Shown in pieces: positions 18,035-27,219 of a stretch of 47,754 bases of DNA; position 1 is the stretch's first letter, and each line of letters begins with the position of its first letter. Source of the stretch: Candidatus Latescibacterota bacterium (GTDB lineage Bacteria; Hydrothermota; Tepidihabitantia; Tepidihabitantales; CAIPLT01). The stretch covers positions 1 through 47,754 of the forward strand of contig JAGXRL010000158.1 of the NCBI GenBank assembly GCA_018335915.1, given 5' to 3'. A program made the position numbers and the translations under genes. The notes under the pieces are model-generated. The model had not been told where the DNA came from and ran no database searches. It was given only the letters and a program-made list of their open reading frames with translations.

Positions 18035-18754
18035 ATGGTAAAAACAGCGAAACCACCAGATAAGATTCCGGTTCATATCGCAATAATAATGGACGGTAAT
18101 GGTCGGTGGGCAAGAAAACGCGGTCTGCCCCGTTTTTATGGCCATAAAAAGGGAGTCGATTCGGTTCGCAACATCGTCCGCGCCGCAGCGGAGTTTGGCG
18201 TGAAACATCTGACCCTCTATGTCTTTTCATCAGAAAACTGGACCCGACCAGCAAGCGAAATCGACACGCTTATGAGGCTTCTGGAAGAATTGTTATTAAA
18301 AGAAGAACCAGAACTGAATAAAAATAATGTAGCGGTTCGGACAATTGGCCAGACCTGGAAACTGCCGCAACAAGTTCAAGATAACCTGAATTACCTGATT
18401 GACAAGACTAAAAATAATACCGGGTTGGTTTTAGTGCTGGCATTGAGCTATGGAGCAAGAAACGAAATAGTCGATGCGGTCAAAAAAATTGCGGTTGAGA
18501 AAAAAGATTTGAGCACGCTGAACAGTGAAGAATTTGGAAAATATCTTTACGAACCAGAGCTTCCTGATCCTGATTTGCTCATCAGAACGGCCGGTGAAAA
18601 ACGGATATCAAACTATCTTTTATGGCAGAGCGCATATACTGAACTTTATTTCACAGATGTACTTTGGCCAGATTTTGGTAAAAAACAACTCTTAACTGCG
18701 ATTGAAGATTATGCGCTGCGCAAGCGGAAATTTGGAGGCCTGGAAATTGAATAA
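18035..18754 (+). CDS. uppS: Isoprenyl transferase (undecaprenyl diphosphate synthase); start reassigned to 18035
   Basis: HIAIIMDGNGRWA, FSSENWTRP, DLLIRT, RISNYLLWQ, RKFGG. Confidence 0.96.
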   Translation: MVKTAKPPDKIPVHIAIIMDGNGRWARKRGLPRFYGHKKGVDSVRNIVRAAAEFGVKHLTLYVFSSENWTRPASEIDTLMRLLEELLLKEEPELNKNNVAVRTIGQTWKLPQQVQDNLNYLIDKTKNNTGLVLVLALSYGARNEIVDAVKKIAVEKKDLSTLNSEEFGKYLYEPELPDPDLLIRTAGEKRISNYLLWQSAYTELYFTDVLWPDFGKKQLLTAIEDYALRKRKFGGLEIE

Positions 18755-19562
18755 ACTTGCTAAACGAACAATCGTCGGCACGATTCTTGGCACAATTACT
18801 GCCATCATTTTATATATCAACCCGCTTGCTGTATTTATTGTTCTTCTGGTGTGGATCGCTTTAGCAACCAATGAATTTTTAAGAATACTCGAAACTAAAC
18901 AGATTCAGATTAACCGCCTGCTTTTAATTGGTCTTAATCTGTTGTTTCCAATCATATTTTATTTTAAGATATCGCCAATATGGTATCTTATACCACCAAT
19001 GGTTTTCTTTGTTTACGCGTTAATTAAACACGAACATTATTACCAATTAGCACCGGCAGGCATTTTTACGCTTTTATATCTTGGTTTTTTACCGAGCCAT
19101 CTTTTATATTTAAAAACCTGGGTGTGGGGGCATCAATTTCCAATGCTACGCGGTTTTTTTGTGGTCTTTTTTCCGCTTGCCTTTACCTGGGTTAATGACA
19201 CAGCGGCTTATTTTGTCGGCACTTTAATCGGTCGGCATAAACTGGCAGAGAAAATCAGCCCGAATAAGACAATTGAAGGTTTTGTTGGCAGTATTATTGT
19301 AAGCGTTGCGTTTTCATATTTTTATTTAAGAGCACTGTTTCCAGATGTTATGGTATGGATTGCGCTCGGCTCTGGATTTGTTTTAAGTATTGCCGCTCAA
19401 ATCGGCGATTTGGTCGAGTCCGGATTTAAGCGCGACGCTAATTTAAAAGATAGTTCTCGAGCGCTTGGTGAACACGGAGGGTTTTTAGACCGGGTTGACA
19501 GCTTATTGTTTACGATCCCGATTTTTTACTATCTTTTGATCTATCTTATAATTCACGAGTAA
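18747..19562 (+). CDS. cdsA: Phosphatidate cytidylyltransferase; likely TTG start at 18747
   Basis: DTAAYFVG, ISPNKTIEG, GDLVESGFKR, KDSS, HGGFLDRVDS; GGAGG at 18734. Confidence 0.95.
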   Translation: MNKLAKRTIVGTILGTITAIILYINPLAVFIVLLVWIALATNEFLRILETKQIQINRLLLIGLNLLFPIIFYFKISPIWYLIPPMVFFVYALIKHEHYYQLAPAGIFTLLYLGFLPSHLLYLKTWVWGHQFPMLRGFFVVFFPLAFTWVNDTAAYFVGTLIGRHKLAEKISPNKTIEGFVGSIIVSVAFSYFYLRALFPDVMVWIALGSGFVLSIAAQIGDLVESGFKRDANLKDSSRALGEHGGFLDRVDSLLFTIPIFYYLLIYLIIHE

Positions 19563-20163
19563 AACCCAAAGAACTTTTTTTATTTTCAACAATTGCAAAA
19601 AAATTTTTAAAGATTGTTTCGCCAACCGGACCAGACCGCTCTGGGTGAAACTGAACGCCGTAGAAACATTTTTCGATATGTTTAATTACTTCGACTTCAC
19701 AGGAAGGCGAAGTTGCTAATAATTCAAATCCTGCCGCAGCAAGTCCATTTGCGTCAACATACTCAATATGGCTTTCCAACACTGAAATCTCGGGCGGTAA
19801 ATCCTTAAATATCCGGTCGGATTTGATAATTCGAACAACTTCATTGCGTTCAATCCGGGTTAAACCAGAATTGATATTCACACCGAACGCCTTGGCGAGC
19901 ATCTGATGACCGTAACAAATCCCTAAGCACGGTATTGTGTTATAATGCAGAAACTCAATATAGGATTTAGAATAAGCACCGCGTGAAATTAAATCAGCCG
20001 AGCCGGATAAAACTAAAGCGTCATAATCGGCAAATCCAAGATGGCTGTAAAGTTCAATATCAGCAATAACCTGAAAATTACTGAATTTATTAACCATTTC
20101 AATGAACGGTAAGATTTTAGCTTCGGTATTAACCCGATAACTGTTAACAATTAGTGTTTTCAT
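19546..20163 (-). CDS. Stand-alone class I glutamine amidotransferase (GMP synthase glutaminase-like)
   Basis: LGICYGHQ nucleophile motif and GVQFHPE triad motif. Confidence 0.88.
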   Translation of the reverse strand: MKTLIVNSYRVNTEAKILPFIEMVNKFSNFQVIADIELYSHLGFADYDALVLSGSADLISRGAYSKSYIEFLHYNTIPCLGICYGHQMLAKAFGVNINSGLTRIERNEVVRIIKSDRIFKDLPPEISVLESHIEYVDANGLAAAGFELLATSPSCEVEVIKHIEKCFYGVQFHPERSGPVGETIFKNFFAIVENKKSSLGFTREL

Positions 20164-20183
20164 GCCTTTTTACAACAATCTGT

Positions 20184-20591
20184 TTACTCTTCTTTTTCAA
20201 GCTGTTTCTCAATCTGGGTGATTTTCTTTTCTGCTTTCTTGACATGCGGGCTGTCCGGATAATTATCAACCAGATTTTCGTATTCGTACAATGCCTCTTC
20301 CAAATCGTAGTCCGGGTTTTTCGGGTTGCTTAAAATCTCCGCAATCATAAATTGAGCGTCATCCGCAATCGGGTCTTCTTCAAAATCTTCAACTATCTCA
20401 TAAAACGACCGCAAGGCACGCGCATAGTCCTTGTATTTCAAATGAAATTGACCTTCTGCGTATAATCCTTCGGCGCGGTTAAGGTCATATACAGCCGGGA
20501 TTTCGGGTTTTACAACTTCTTTTGACGGACAGCCGATATTAATAAACACCAATAAAACAATCACGGAGATTAAAAAATTTTTCATCGTCAC
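20184..20591 (-). CDS. TPR lipoprotein (BamD/YbgF-like)
   Basis: Lipobox-like INIGC; TPR-like helices (ADDAQFMIA, LVDNYPDSP). Confidence 0.7.
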   Translation of the reverse strand: MTMKNFLISVIVLLVFINIGCPSKEVVKPEIPAVYDLNRAEGLYAEGQFHLKYKDYARALRSFYEIVEDFEEDPIADDAQFMIAEILSNPKNPDYDLEEALYEYENLVDNYPDSPHVKKAEKKITQIEKQLEKEE

Positions 20592-20605
20592 TCCTTATCC
20601 AAAGA

Positions 20606-21376
20606 TTATTTATACCTTTTTTCTAATGATGCAAAGGCATCATGATTATGAATTGATTCGTAACTTTCAGTCTCAACTTTATACCAGGTGATATCGGGAT
20701 GGGAATCTAATTTTAACGCAACGTTACGCACCACATCCTCGACAAAAACCGGGTTTTGGTAGGCGTGTTCGGTTACATATTTCTCGTCTTCTCGTTTAAG
20801 CAGCGAATAGACCGGGCTTGATGCGCAATTTTCAACCAGTTCGATTAAATCTTCAATCCAGAAAAATCCCCGGAAACGAATATAGACTCGAATTTCGCCG
20901 CGCTGATTATGGGCGCCTTTTTCGACTATTTCCTTAGAACAGGGACAAAGCGTTGTAATCGGAACTTTTACTCCTAAAATTATTTTCACTTTATCGGTAA
21001 GATCACCAATAAATCGGCACTGATAATCCATGAGTCCCACCGCACCCGAAACCGGTGCCTTTTTTTCAATAAAATAGGGAAATTCCATTTCGATATGAGC
21101 TGATTCGGCATTTAAATCCCGCTTCATTGTTTTTAAAATCGTGCCGATATTCTGCACTGCGATTTCGCGGTGAAACCGGTTCAGAATCTCAATAAACCGA
21201 CTCATATGAGTGCCGCGGAAATTATGCGGCAAATTAACATACATATTTATACGGGCGACGGTGTGTTGCTGTTTATGCGCCTTATCAGATAACAGGATTG
21301 GGTAATGTAAATTCTTGACGCCGACTTTATCAATATTGACATTACGGAAATCATAATCAGACTGAACATCGCGCAT
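20606..21376 (-). CDS. folE2: GTP cyclohydrolase FolE2 (type IB)
   Basis: DVQS, IDKVGV, GTHMSRF, TTLCPCSK, GAHNQR, NPVFVEDVVR, ESIHNHDA. Confidence 0.97.
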   Translation of the reverse strand: MRDVQSDYDFRNVNIDKVGVKNLHYPILLSDKAHKQQHTVARINMYVNLPHNFRGTHMSRFIEILNRFHREIAVQNIGTILKTMKRDLNAESAHIEMEFPYFIEKKAPVSGAVGLMDYQCRFIGDLTDKVKIILGVKVPITTLCPCSKEIVEKGAHNQRGEIRVYIRFRGFFWIEDLIELVENCASSPVYSLLKREDEKYVTEHAYQNPVFVEDVVRNVALKLDSHPDITWYKVETESYESIHNHDAFASLEKRYK

Positions 21377-21382
21377 AAATAT

Positions 21383-21410
21383 AGAATATGGGATTATAAC
21401 TAATTGTCAA
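21383..21410 (-). promoter_or_regulatory. sigma70 promoter of folE2, probably leaderless
   Basis: TTGACA-16 nt-TATTCT, then 6 nt, then ATG. Confidence 0.6.
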
Positions 21411-21421
21411 GATAAAATAAC

Positions 21422-21439
21422 GAGATTTCTGAAAAAGTC
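21422..21439. repeat. Solo terminal repeat of the 13112-13241 MITE family
   Basis: GAGATTTCTGAAAAAGTC matches the reverse complement of 13224-13241 at 17/18. Confidence 0.6.
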
Positions 21440-21610
21440 AAAGGACCAATGTCAGAAGTCGAACTTCCGAATTTTAATTAATTAATAATTAAGATGTGTC
21501 CTGAATTTGTCCAAGAGATACATACTTTCCTGCTTTTATTCTTTACGTTATCAATCAAGATATTGAAACTATTGAAAAACCAAAAAGTACAATTTAAATT
21601 TTATTACGGC

Positions 21611-22603
21611 TTACTTTTCATCTTCACTGTAGAATTCTACACCGCATTTAGGACAAACTGGATCTTTTGCAGAAACATAAGTACCACATCCATTACATTG
21701 AAAATTTAATTGCTCTTCGGATGGTAAATCAGCAAACATATATTTTCTATTTTTAAAATAAATCCAATTAGGTATTAGATATACAAATGTTATTATTAAT
21801 GAAGCAATAAGAGCACCCATGATTCCCATGCTTTCTGCCATTGGACTTGTATAAGAAAATAAAACACTCCCTAATACTAAATAATAAAAATTCAATTTCC
21901 ATGCCCAATATTCATGTTTTCTAAGTCCATACAAAAGAATCCCTGCAATAATAACATCAAATAATAGAAATAAACTTATTGCTGGGGAAGATTCTTTACT
22001 AAATGAAGAGTATGTAAGAATTCTTGTTATACCGCCTATTATACCGAGCGGAAATCTAACATATACATAGAATTTAAACCAACCTAACGCCAAGTGTTTT
22101 AATGGTATACTTGAAACACCGGTTAACGATTGTATATTCGTATTATTGAAGATTGTATATTTTATATTCTTCTTTACTTTATTACTTTCGTTTCTAAACT
22201 CATCATCTATAAATTTTAGTATCTCTTTATAGTATATTTTTTCTCTATTTTCTTTTGCTATAGTAGTGATTTTTGATATCAATAGATCAATTCTATCTTT
22301 GTATTGTTCTATGATATTATTTTGAGATGTCATAATTACGCGAATAAATTTTCCAGCCGTTTTTTTTGCTAACAATGGGACTTGGAAAAATTTGGGATTT
22401 GAAGTCTTCTTCGAAATTTCCGATTCTTTTATTTTTTCAAATTCTTGGATTAAAACACCACAATGTGAGCAAAATTTACTTGATAATGGAATTTCTTTAT
22501 TGCATTTTGGGCAGATTTTAACCAATATTGTCCCACACAGATTACAGAAACGACTCGTTTCAGGCAATTCTTTATTGCAATTTGGACAAATAAATGATGT
22601 CAT
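21611..22603 (-). CDS. Double zinc-ribbon membrane protein with a C-terminal zinc ribbon
   Basis: CPNC..FCNLCG, CPKC..FCSHCG; four hydrophobic segments; CNGC..CPKCG. Confidence 0.8.
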   Translation of the reverse strand: MTSFICPNCNKELPETSRFCNLCGTILVKICPKCNKEIPLSSKFCSHCGVLIQEFEKIKESEISKKTSNPKFFQVPLLAKKTAGKFIRVIMTSQNNIIEQYKDRIDLLISKITTIAKENREKIYYKEILKFIDDEFRNESNKVKKNIKYTIFNNTNIQSLTGVSSIPLKHLALGWFKFYVYVRFPLGIIGGITRILTYSSFSKESSPAISLFLLFDVIIAGILLYGLRKHEYWAWKLNFYYLVLGSVLFSYTSPMAESMGIMGALIASLIITFVYLIPNWIYFKNRKYMFADLPSEEQLNFQCNGCGTYVSAKDPVCPKCGVEFYSEDEK

Positions 22604-22712
22604 TTTTCTCCTTTCTATTATTTAGCATTAATATCGCCTGTTAGATGATTGTAATGTAGTGCGATCCTGAAGTCAAGGCATTTTTGTAATGTGGTCCAGA
22701 TACCAAAAAGGA

Positions 22713-22740
22713 TTGACTACATCGAATAATTTCCTATAAT
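22713..22740 (+). promoter_or_regulatory. sigma70 promoter of the crotonase-thiolase operon
   Basis: TTGACT-16 nt-TATAAT. Confidence 0.65.
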
Positions 22741-22777
22741 CAATAAATGAGACCTTTAATGTTTGTTAGGAGGCAGA

Positions 22778-23554
22778 ATGGACAATAAAAATCTTTTGGT
22801 AACTATTGAAGATAACATTGCTTTTATAAAATTCAATCGGCCGAATGTGCTTAACGCTTTAAACACCGATACTATTCTTGAATTAGAACGCACCCTGGAC
22901 GAACTCGAAAAAATGACAGAAGTGCGCGTGATTATTCTAACTGGCGAAGGAAAGGCTTTTATTGCCGGTGCCGATATTTCCGAGATGAGCAAATATTCGA
23001 GCATGGAAGCAAGGGTTTTTGCCCAGAACGGACACCGGGTTTTAGGTAAACTGGAAAACATTGATAAACCCGTGATTGCCGTAATCAACGGCTTTGCTTT
23101 GGGCGGCGGTTGCGAAGTCGCTTTAGCTTGTGATATCAGAATTCTTTCAAAAAACGCTAAGATTGGACAACCAGAAGTTAACCTGGGTATTATTCCTGGT
23201 TTTGGTGGTACCCAGAGACTGGCAAGATTATGTGGCGCCGGAATTGCCAAAGAATTAATTTATACCGGCGATATGATTGATGCCCAGGAAGCATTTAGAA
23301 TCGGTTTGGCTAATAAAGTTGTGCCGCTTGATAAATTGATGGACACCGCTAAAGAGATGGCAAAAAAGATTTTAAATAAGGGACCGATTGCAATCCGCAT
23401 GACCAAAACTGTAATTAACCGCGGGCTCGATTCAAACCTCGAAACTGCCAAAGAATTGGAAATTGAAACCTTTGCTTTATGTTTTTCGACCGGCGAGCCC
23501 AAAGACGGCATGACCGCATTTTTAGAAAAAAGAAAAGCAAGTTGGATGAAATAA
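22778..23554 (+). CDS. crt: Enoyl-CoA hydratase (crotonase); start at 22778
   Basis: AFIAGADI, NGFALGGGCE, GQPEVNLGIIPGFGGTQRL; AGGAGG RBS. Confidence 0.9.
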   Translation: MDNKNLLVTIEDNIAFIKFNRPNVLNALNTDTILELERTLDELEKMTEVRVIILTGEGKAFIAGADISEMSKYSSMEARVFAQNGHRVLGKLENIDKPVIAVINGFALGGGCEVALACDIRILSKNAKIGQPEVNLGIIPGFGGTQRLARLCGAGIAKELIYTGDMIDAQEAFRIGLANKVVPLDKLMDTAKEMAKKILNKGPIAIRMTKTVINRGLDSNLETAKELEIETFALCFSTGEPKDGMTAFLEKRKASWMK

Positions 23555-23578
23555 CTTAAATATGAAGGGAGTAATATA

Positions 23579-24772
23579 ATGTCAAATACAAATGAAATCG
23601 TAATCGTGTCTGGTGCCCGAACACCAGTGGGAAGATTTTTAGGCGGATTGTCAACCTTGTCTGCATCAGACTTAGGTGGTATTGCCATAAAAGAAGCAGT
23701 TAAAAGAGCGGGTGTTACATCGGCTGATATTGACGGCGTAATAATGGGGCATGTTTGTCCGGCCGGATTGGGACAAGCACCAGCGCGTCAAGCCAGTATT
23801 AAAAGCGGCCTGTCTCCAGAAATCCCAGCAATCACGGTTAATAAAGTCTGCGGCTCCGGTATGATATCAATCGTCTTATCAGCGCAGCAGATTAAAGCTG
23901 GCGATGCTGAGATTATGGTCGCGGGCGGACAAGAATCAATGTCCAATGTTCCGTATTATATGCATCAATTAAGAAACGGCAACAAGATGGGCAATGTAAA
24001 ATTAGTTGACGGCATGATTTATGACGGCATCTGGTGCGTGTTCCACGATGTGCATATGGGCATACACGGAGAGTTCACAGCAGAACGGTCAGGTATTACC
24101 CGCGAAATGCAGGATGAGTGGGCTTATAACAGCCATCGCAAAGCAAGCGAAGCAATCAAAGCTGGTAAATTCAAGGCAGAAATCGTACCGGTTTCGATTC
24201 CGCAGCGAAAAGGCGACCCCAAAATAATTGATACTGACGAAGGGCCGCGCGCGGATACAACTATGGAATCAATGGCAAAACTTAAACCAGCTTTTAAAAA
24301 AGACAGCGGCACAATTACGGCTGGCAACGCGTCAAGCATTAATGATGGCGCCGTAGCATTGGTTGTAATGTCAAAAGCAGCTGCGGATAAGAAAGGCATT
24401 AAGCCGATCGCCAAAATTACTGCTTATGCAATTGGCAGCGTTGAACCGCAAATGCTTTTCTATGCACCAGTTAAAGCAGTGCAGAAAATACTAAAACAGC
24501 TCAATGTTGACATAAACTATTTTGATTTAATCGAAGTGAACGAGGCGTTTAGTTCTCAGGTTTTGGCTGATGCTAAAGAACTTGGTATGGATATGAAAAA
24601 GGTCAATGTCCATGGCGGTGCGGTGGCTTTAGGTCATCCAATCGGTGCGTCTGGAGCGAGAATCGTCGTTACGTTATTACACGCGCTTAAAGACCGCGGT
24701 TTAAAGAAAGGTCTTGCCGCAATCTGTTTAGGCGGTGGCGAAGCAGTCGCAATGAGTGTGGAAATGATATAA
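23579..24772 (+). CDS. Acetyl-CoA C-acetyltransferase (thiolase)
   Basis: NKVCGSG, TAGNASSINDGA, NEAF, GHPIGASG, CLGGG. Confidence 0.97.
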   Translation: MSNTNEIVIVSGARTPVGRFLGGLSTLSASDLGGIAIKEAVKRAGVTSADIDGVIMGHVCPAGLGQAPARQASIKSGLSPEIPAITVNKVCGSGMISIVLSAQQIKAGDAEIMVAGGQESMSNVPYYMHQLRNGNKMGNVKLVDGMIYDGIWCVFHDVHMGIHGEFTAERSGITREMQDEWAYNSHRKASEAIKAGKFKAEIVPVSIPQRKGDPKIIDTDEGPRADTTMESMAKLKPAFKKDSGTITAGNASSINDGAVALVVMSKAAADKKGIKPIAKITAYAIGSVEPQMLFYAPVKAVQKILKQLNVDINYFDLIEVNEAFSSQVLADAKELGMDMKKVNVHGGAVALGHPIGASGARIVVTLLHALKDRGLKKGLAAICLGGGEAVAMSVEMI

Positions 24773-24781
24773 AAAAACTAT

Positions 24782-24814
24782 AGGGGCACGGGGTTTTCCC
24801 CTGTGCCCCTTTTT
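24782..24814 (+). terminator. GC-rich hairpin with U tract (terminator or REP-derived)
   Basis: AGGGGCACGGGG-TTTT-CCCCTGTGCCCCT followed by TTTT. Confidence 0.6.
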
Positions 24815-24816
24815 GT

Positions 24817-25245
24817 ATGGAATTTCATACCAAATCATCAGAAGAAACAATCGAATTAGGGGAAAAAATCGGGGCTGCCCTAAAGCCGGGCGACATCCTG
24901 GCATTTTACGGTGAGCTGGGTAGCGGGAAAACCACGATGATTAAAGGTATTGCTCTTGGCTTGGGAGTCAAAGAGGAGGATATTGTCAAAAGTCCGTCAT
25001 TTATAATGGTTAATGAATATAAAGGTCAGAGTCCAATTTTTCATATAGATTTATATCGAGTAAAAAATCTGGGAGAAGTTTTAAGCATTGGTTTTGATGA
25101 TTATTTATATGGCAACGGCGTTTGCCTGATTGAATGGGCGGAAAAAGCCGAGAACGAACTGCCTCAAAACACAATCAAAGTTGAATTAACTACATTGAGT
25201 TTTCAGGAAAGAAAAATTACGATTTCAGGGCTTACCGGATTTTAG
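24817..25245 (+). CDS. tsaE: tRNA threonylcarbamoyladenosine biosynthesis ATPase TsaE
   Basis: GELGSGKTT, SPSF, HIDLYR, IEWAE. Confidence 0.97.
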   Translation: MEFHTKSSEETIELGEKIGAALKPGDILAFYGELGSGKTTMIKGIALGLGVKEEDIVKSPSFIMVNEYKGQSPIFHIDLYRVKNLGEVLSIGFDDYLYGNGVCLIEWAEKAENELPQNTIKVELTTLSFQERKITISGLTGF

Positions 25246-25299
25246 TGTAATCCGGTAAAAAAGAACAAGAAATTTAACTGCAAAAACGCGAAAAAGAAT

Positions 25300-25444
25300 G
25301 TAGGGTAAGGCTTTACCCTCGCACCTATTCCTGAGACTATATAAATTAATTTGAAATATTGTTATTCCAACTAACACATATTTAAGAATAGGTGCGGGGT
25401 TTAACCTTGCGAATAAGCAAAGCAATCCTAAAGGATTGCCCTAC
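25300..25444. repeat. GTAG-family REP doublet (REPIN-like), interrupted by a MITE
   Basis: Removing the insert restores GTAGGGTAAGGCTTTAACCTTGC, inverted against GCAATCCTAAAGGATTGCCCTAC (both 23 nt). Confidence 0.7.
25316..25399. mobile_element. CCCCGCACC-type miniature element, copy 3
   Basis: CCCTCGCACCTATTC...GAATAGGTGCGGGG with TTTA duplicated at 25312-25315 and 25400-25403. Confidence 0.75.
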
Positions 25445-25487
25445 GACTGAGGAAATGTTTTATATCGAATATCTAAGAAATTTATTA

Positions 25488-25516
25488 TTGACAAACCGAA
25501 CACGGCAATTTATAGT
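25488..25516 (+). promoter_or_regulatory. sigma70 promoter
   Basis: TTGACA-17 nt-TATAGT. Confidence 0.65.
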
Positions 25517-25616
25517 AGGATTAGGTAAATAAGGCTGGTTACGCAGTGTTTATGATAGATATTTTTCGATTATTAAAAAAACATGGTTGTTAGAAAATAA
25601 TAATAAAGGAGAAATT

Positions 25617-26030
25617 ATGCTTAAAAAGGCATTAATTGCGATTGCAATTATTATCGCTGTTTTTATCACTGCGTTGGTCGTCTTCTATTTTACATTGATG
25701 CGCCCGGCATTTAAAGAAATCAATGCGATTCAGGATATGGAAATCGGCGAAGTCGACTTAAGTCTGGTTGCCGACGGCGCCTACCAAGGAGATTTTGCTT
25801 ATGGTAAATTTACTTGTGAAGTTGAAGTCTTTGTAAAAGACCATAAGATAGAAGGCATCACCGCGATACAAAACCGAGATACTAAATACGCAAAGATGTC
25901 TGAAGGAGTGCTGGTAAAAATAGTTGAAAAGCAGTCACCAAACGTTGACGCGATAACCGGCGCAACCACAACATCGAAAGCATTTATGAAAGCCGTAGAA
26001 AACGCATTAAATAAAGGCATTCGGAAATAA
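25617..26030 (+). CDS. Membrane-anchored FMN-binding domain protein (flavinylation substrate); start at 25617
   Basis: DGAYQG; VDAITGATTTS flavinylation motif; AAGGAG RBS. Confidence 0.88.
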   Translation: MLKKALIAIAIIIAVFITALVVFYFTLMRPAFKEINAIQDMEIGEVDLSLVADGAYQGDFAYGKFTCEVEVFVKDHKIEGITAIQNRDTKYAKMSEGVLVKIVEKQSPNVDAITGATTTSKAFMKAVENALNKGIRK

Positions 26031-26096
26031 GAAACAGCTACGAATATACACGGATGAAGAATTAAAGATTCAGAATAAATCCGTGGCAGATTAGCA

Positions 26097-26651
26097 ATGA
26101 GAGAACTGGAACACGAAAAAGATATTATCGCAAGTGCAGTTGAGGGTGACGAGCACGCTTATTTGTCTTTGCTTAATTCGTACAAGCCGCGTATTTTTAG
26201 TTATGTTCTGCGCACAATCAGAAATTATCACGATGCCGAAGAGATTACGCTCGATACTTTTGTCCGCTGTTTTAAATCGCTAAAATCTTTTGACCGCAGC
26301 AAAACTTTTTCAACCTGGATATATACGATTGCCCACAACTTAACTATAGATTTCTTAAGAAAAAGCCGTAAGCACTACGAACACCTTGATGACCGACCGG
26401 CGGACGAGATGGAAATCGCTGATACTAAAACCAAAGAACCTGCCACAGATTATGACAAACAGGTAAAGTTGAGCAAAATTGAGCAGGCAATGTTGCAGCT
26501 CGCTCCGATTGACCGCGAAATCGTTATTTTATTTCACAAAGAAGAAAAAACTTACCAGGAAATTTCAACTATTCTGAAAATACCCGAAACCACGATTAAA
26601 ACCCGGCTTCACCGGGCGCGACTAAAATTAAAAGAGCTGTGCACTGGATAA
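26097..26651 (+). CDS. ECF RNA polymerase sigma factor (SigW-like)
   Basis: DAEEITLDTF, FSTWIYTIAHN, YQEIS, TIKTRLHRAR. Confidence 0.93.
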   Translation: MRELEHEKDIIASAVEGDEHAYLSLLNSYKPRIFSYVLRTIRNYHDAEEITLDTFVRCFKSLKSFDRSKTFSTWIYTIAHNLTIDFLRKSRKHYEHLDDRPADEMEIADTKTKEPATDYDKQVKLSKIEQAMLQLAPIDREIVILFHKEEKTYQEISTILKIPETTIKTRLHRARLKLKELCTG

Positions 26652-26655
26652 AACA

Positions 26656-26681
26656 TGAAACTTTTTACTAAATGCTTCGTA
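26656..26681 (+). promoter_or_regulatory. ECF (SigW-type) promoter before the anti-sigma gene
   Basis: TGAAAC-16 nt-CGTA, 7 nt before the GTG start. Confidence 0.7.
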
Positions 26682-26688
26682 TAACATA

Positions 26689-27219
26689 GTGATGACTAAA
26701 CATAAAGAATTCGAAGAGCTGATTCAAAAGTGCCTTGACCGCGAGATTACAGTGGACGAGAACATCTCTTTACAACTCCACTTGTCGCAGTGTCCGGACT
26801 GCTCTTTGTTTTACAATGAACTGGTTAGCGCGGAAAAAGAAATTATTGATATGGTTGAGGTGGTTCCGAATCACGGGTTCAATGAAGCGGTGCTGGCGCG
26901 GATAAAGACTAAAAAAGTGCCGGCTTGGGCAAAAATCGCGACGGTTTTAGGCAGTGCCTGGGTGGTTTCTTTTCTTGCTTTTATATTAATCCCGGCATCG
27001 CGTGATTTGTTTACGCGGATTCTTTTTAGCAGCCCGTCAATTGTGAAAGCGGTTGCTAAAATCTATTTTGTCGGTTCGACCTTGGCCCGCATCGTAACAC
27101 CATTCGCAAAAAGCCAGCTTAATCCGACCTTATTAGTCGTCAGTATTTTGCTCAGTGTCGGAATGTTTATATTCTTTGGAAAACTATTTAGTAAAAAGGA
27201 GACCGTATGGAACACATAA
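26689..27219 (+). CDS. Zinc-binding (ZAS) transmembrane anti-sigma factor
   Basis: HLSQCPDC (HxxxCxxC) followed by TM segments; directly after the ECF sigma gene. Confidence 0.88.
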   Translation: MMTKHKEFEELIQKCLDREITVDENISLQLHLSQCPDCSLFYNELVSAEKEIIDMVEVVPNHGFNEAVLARIKTKKVPAWAKIATVLGSAWVVSFLAFILIPASRDLFTRILFSSPSIVKAVAKIYFVGSTLARIVTPFAKSQLNPTLLVVSILLSVGMFIFFGKLFSKKETVWNT

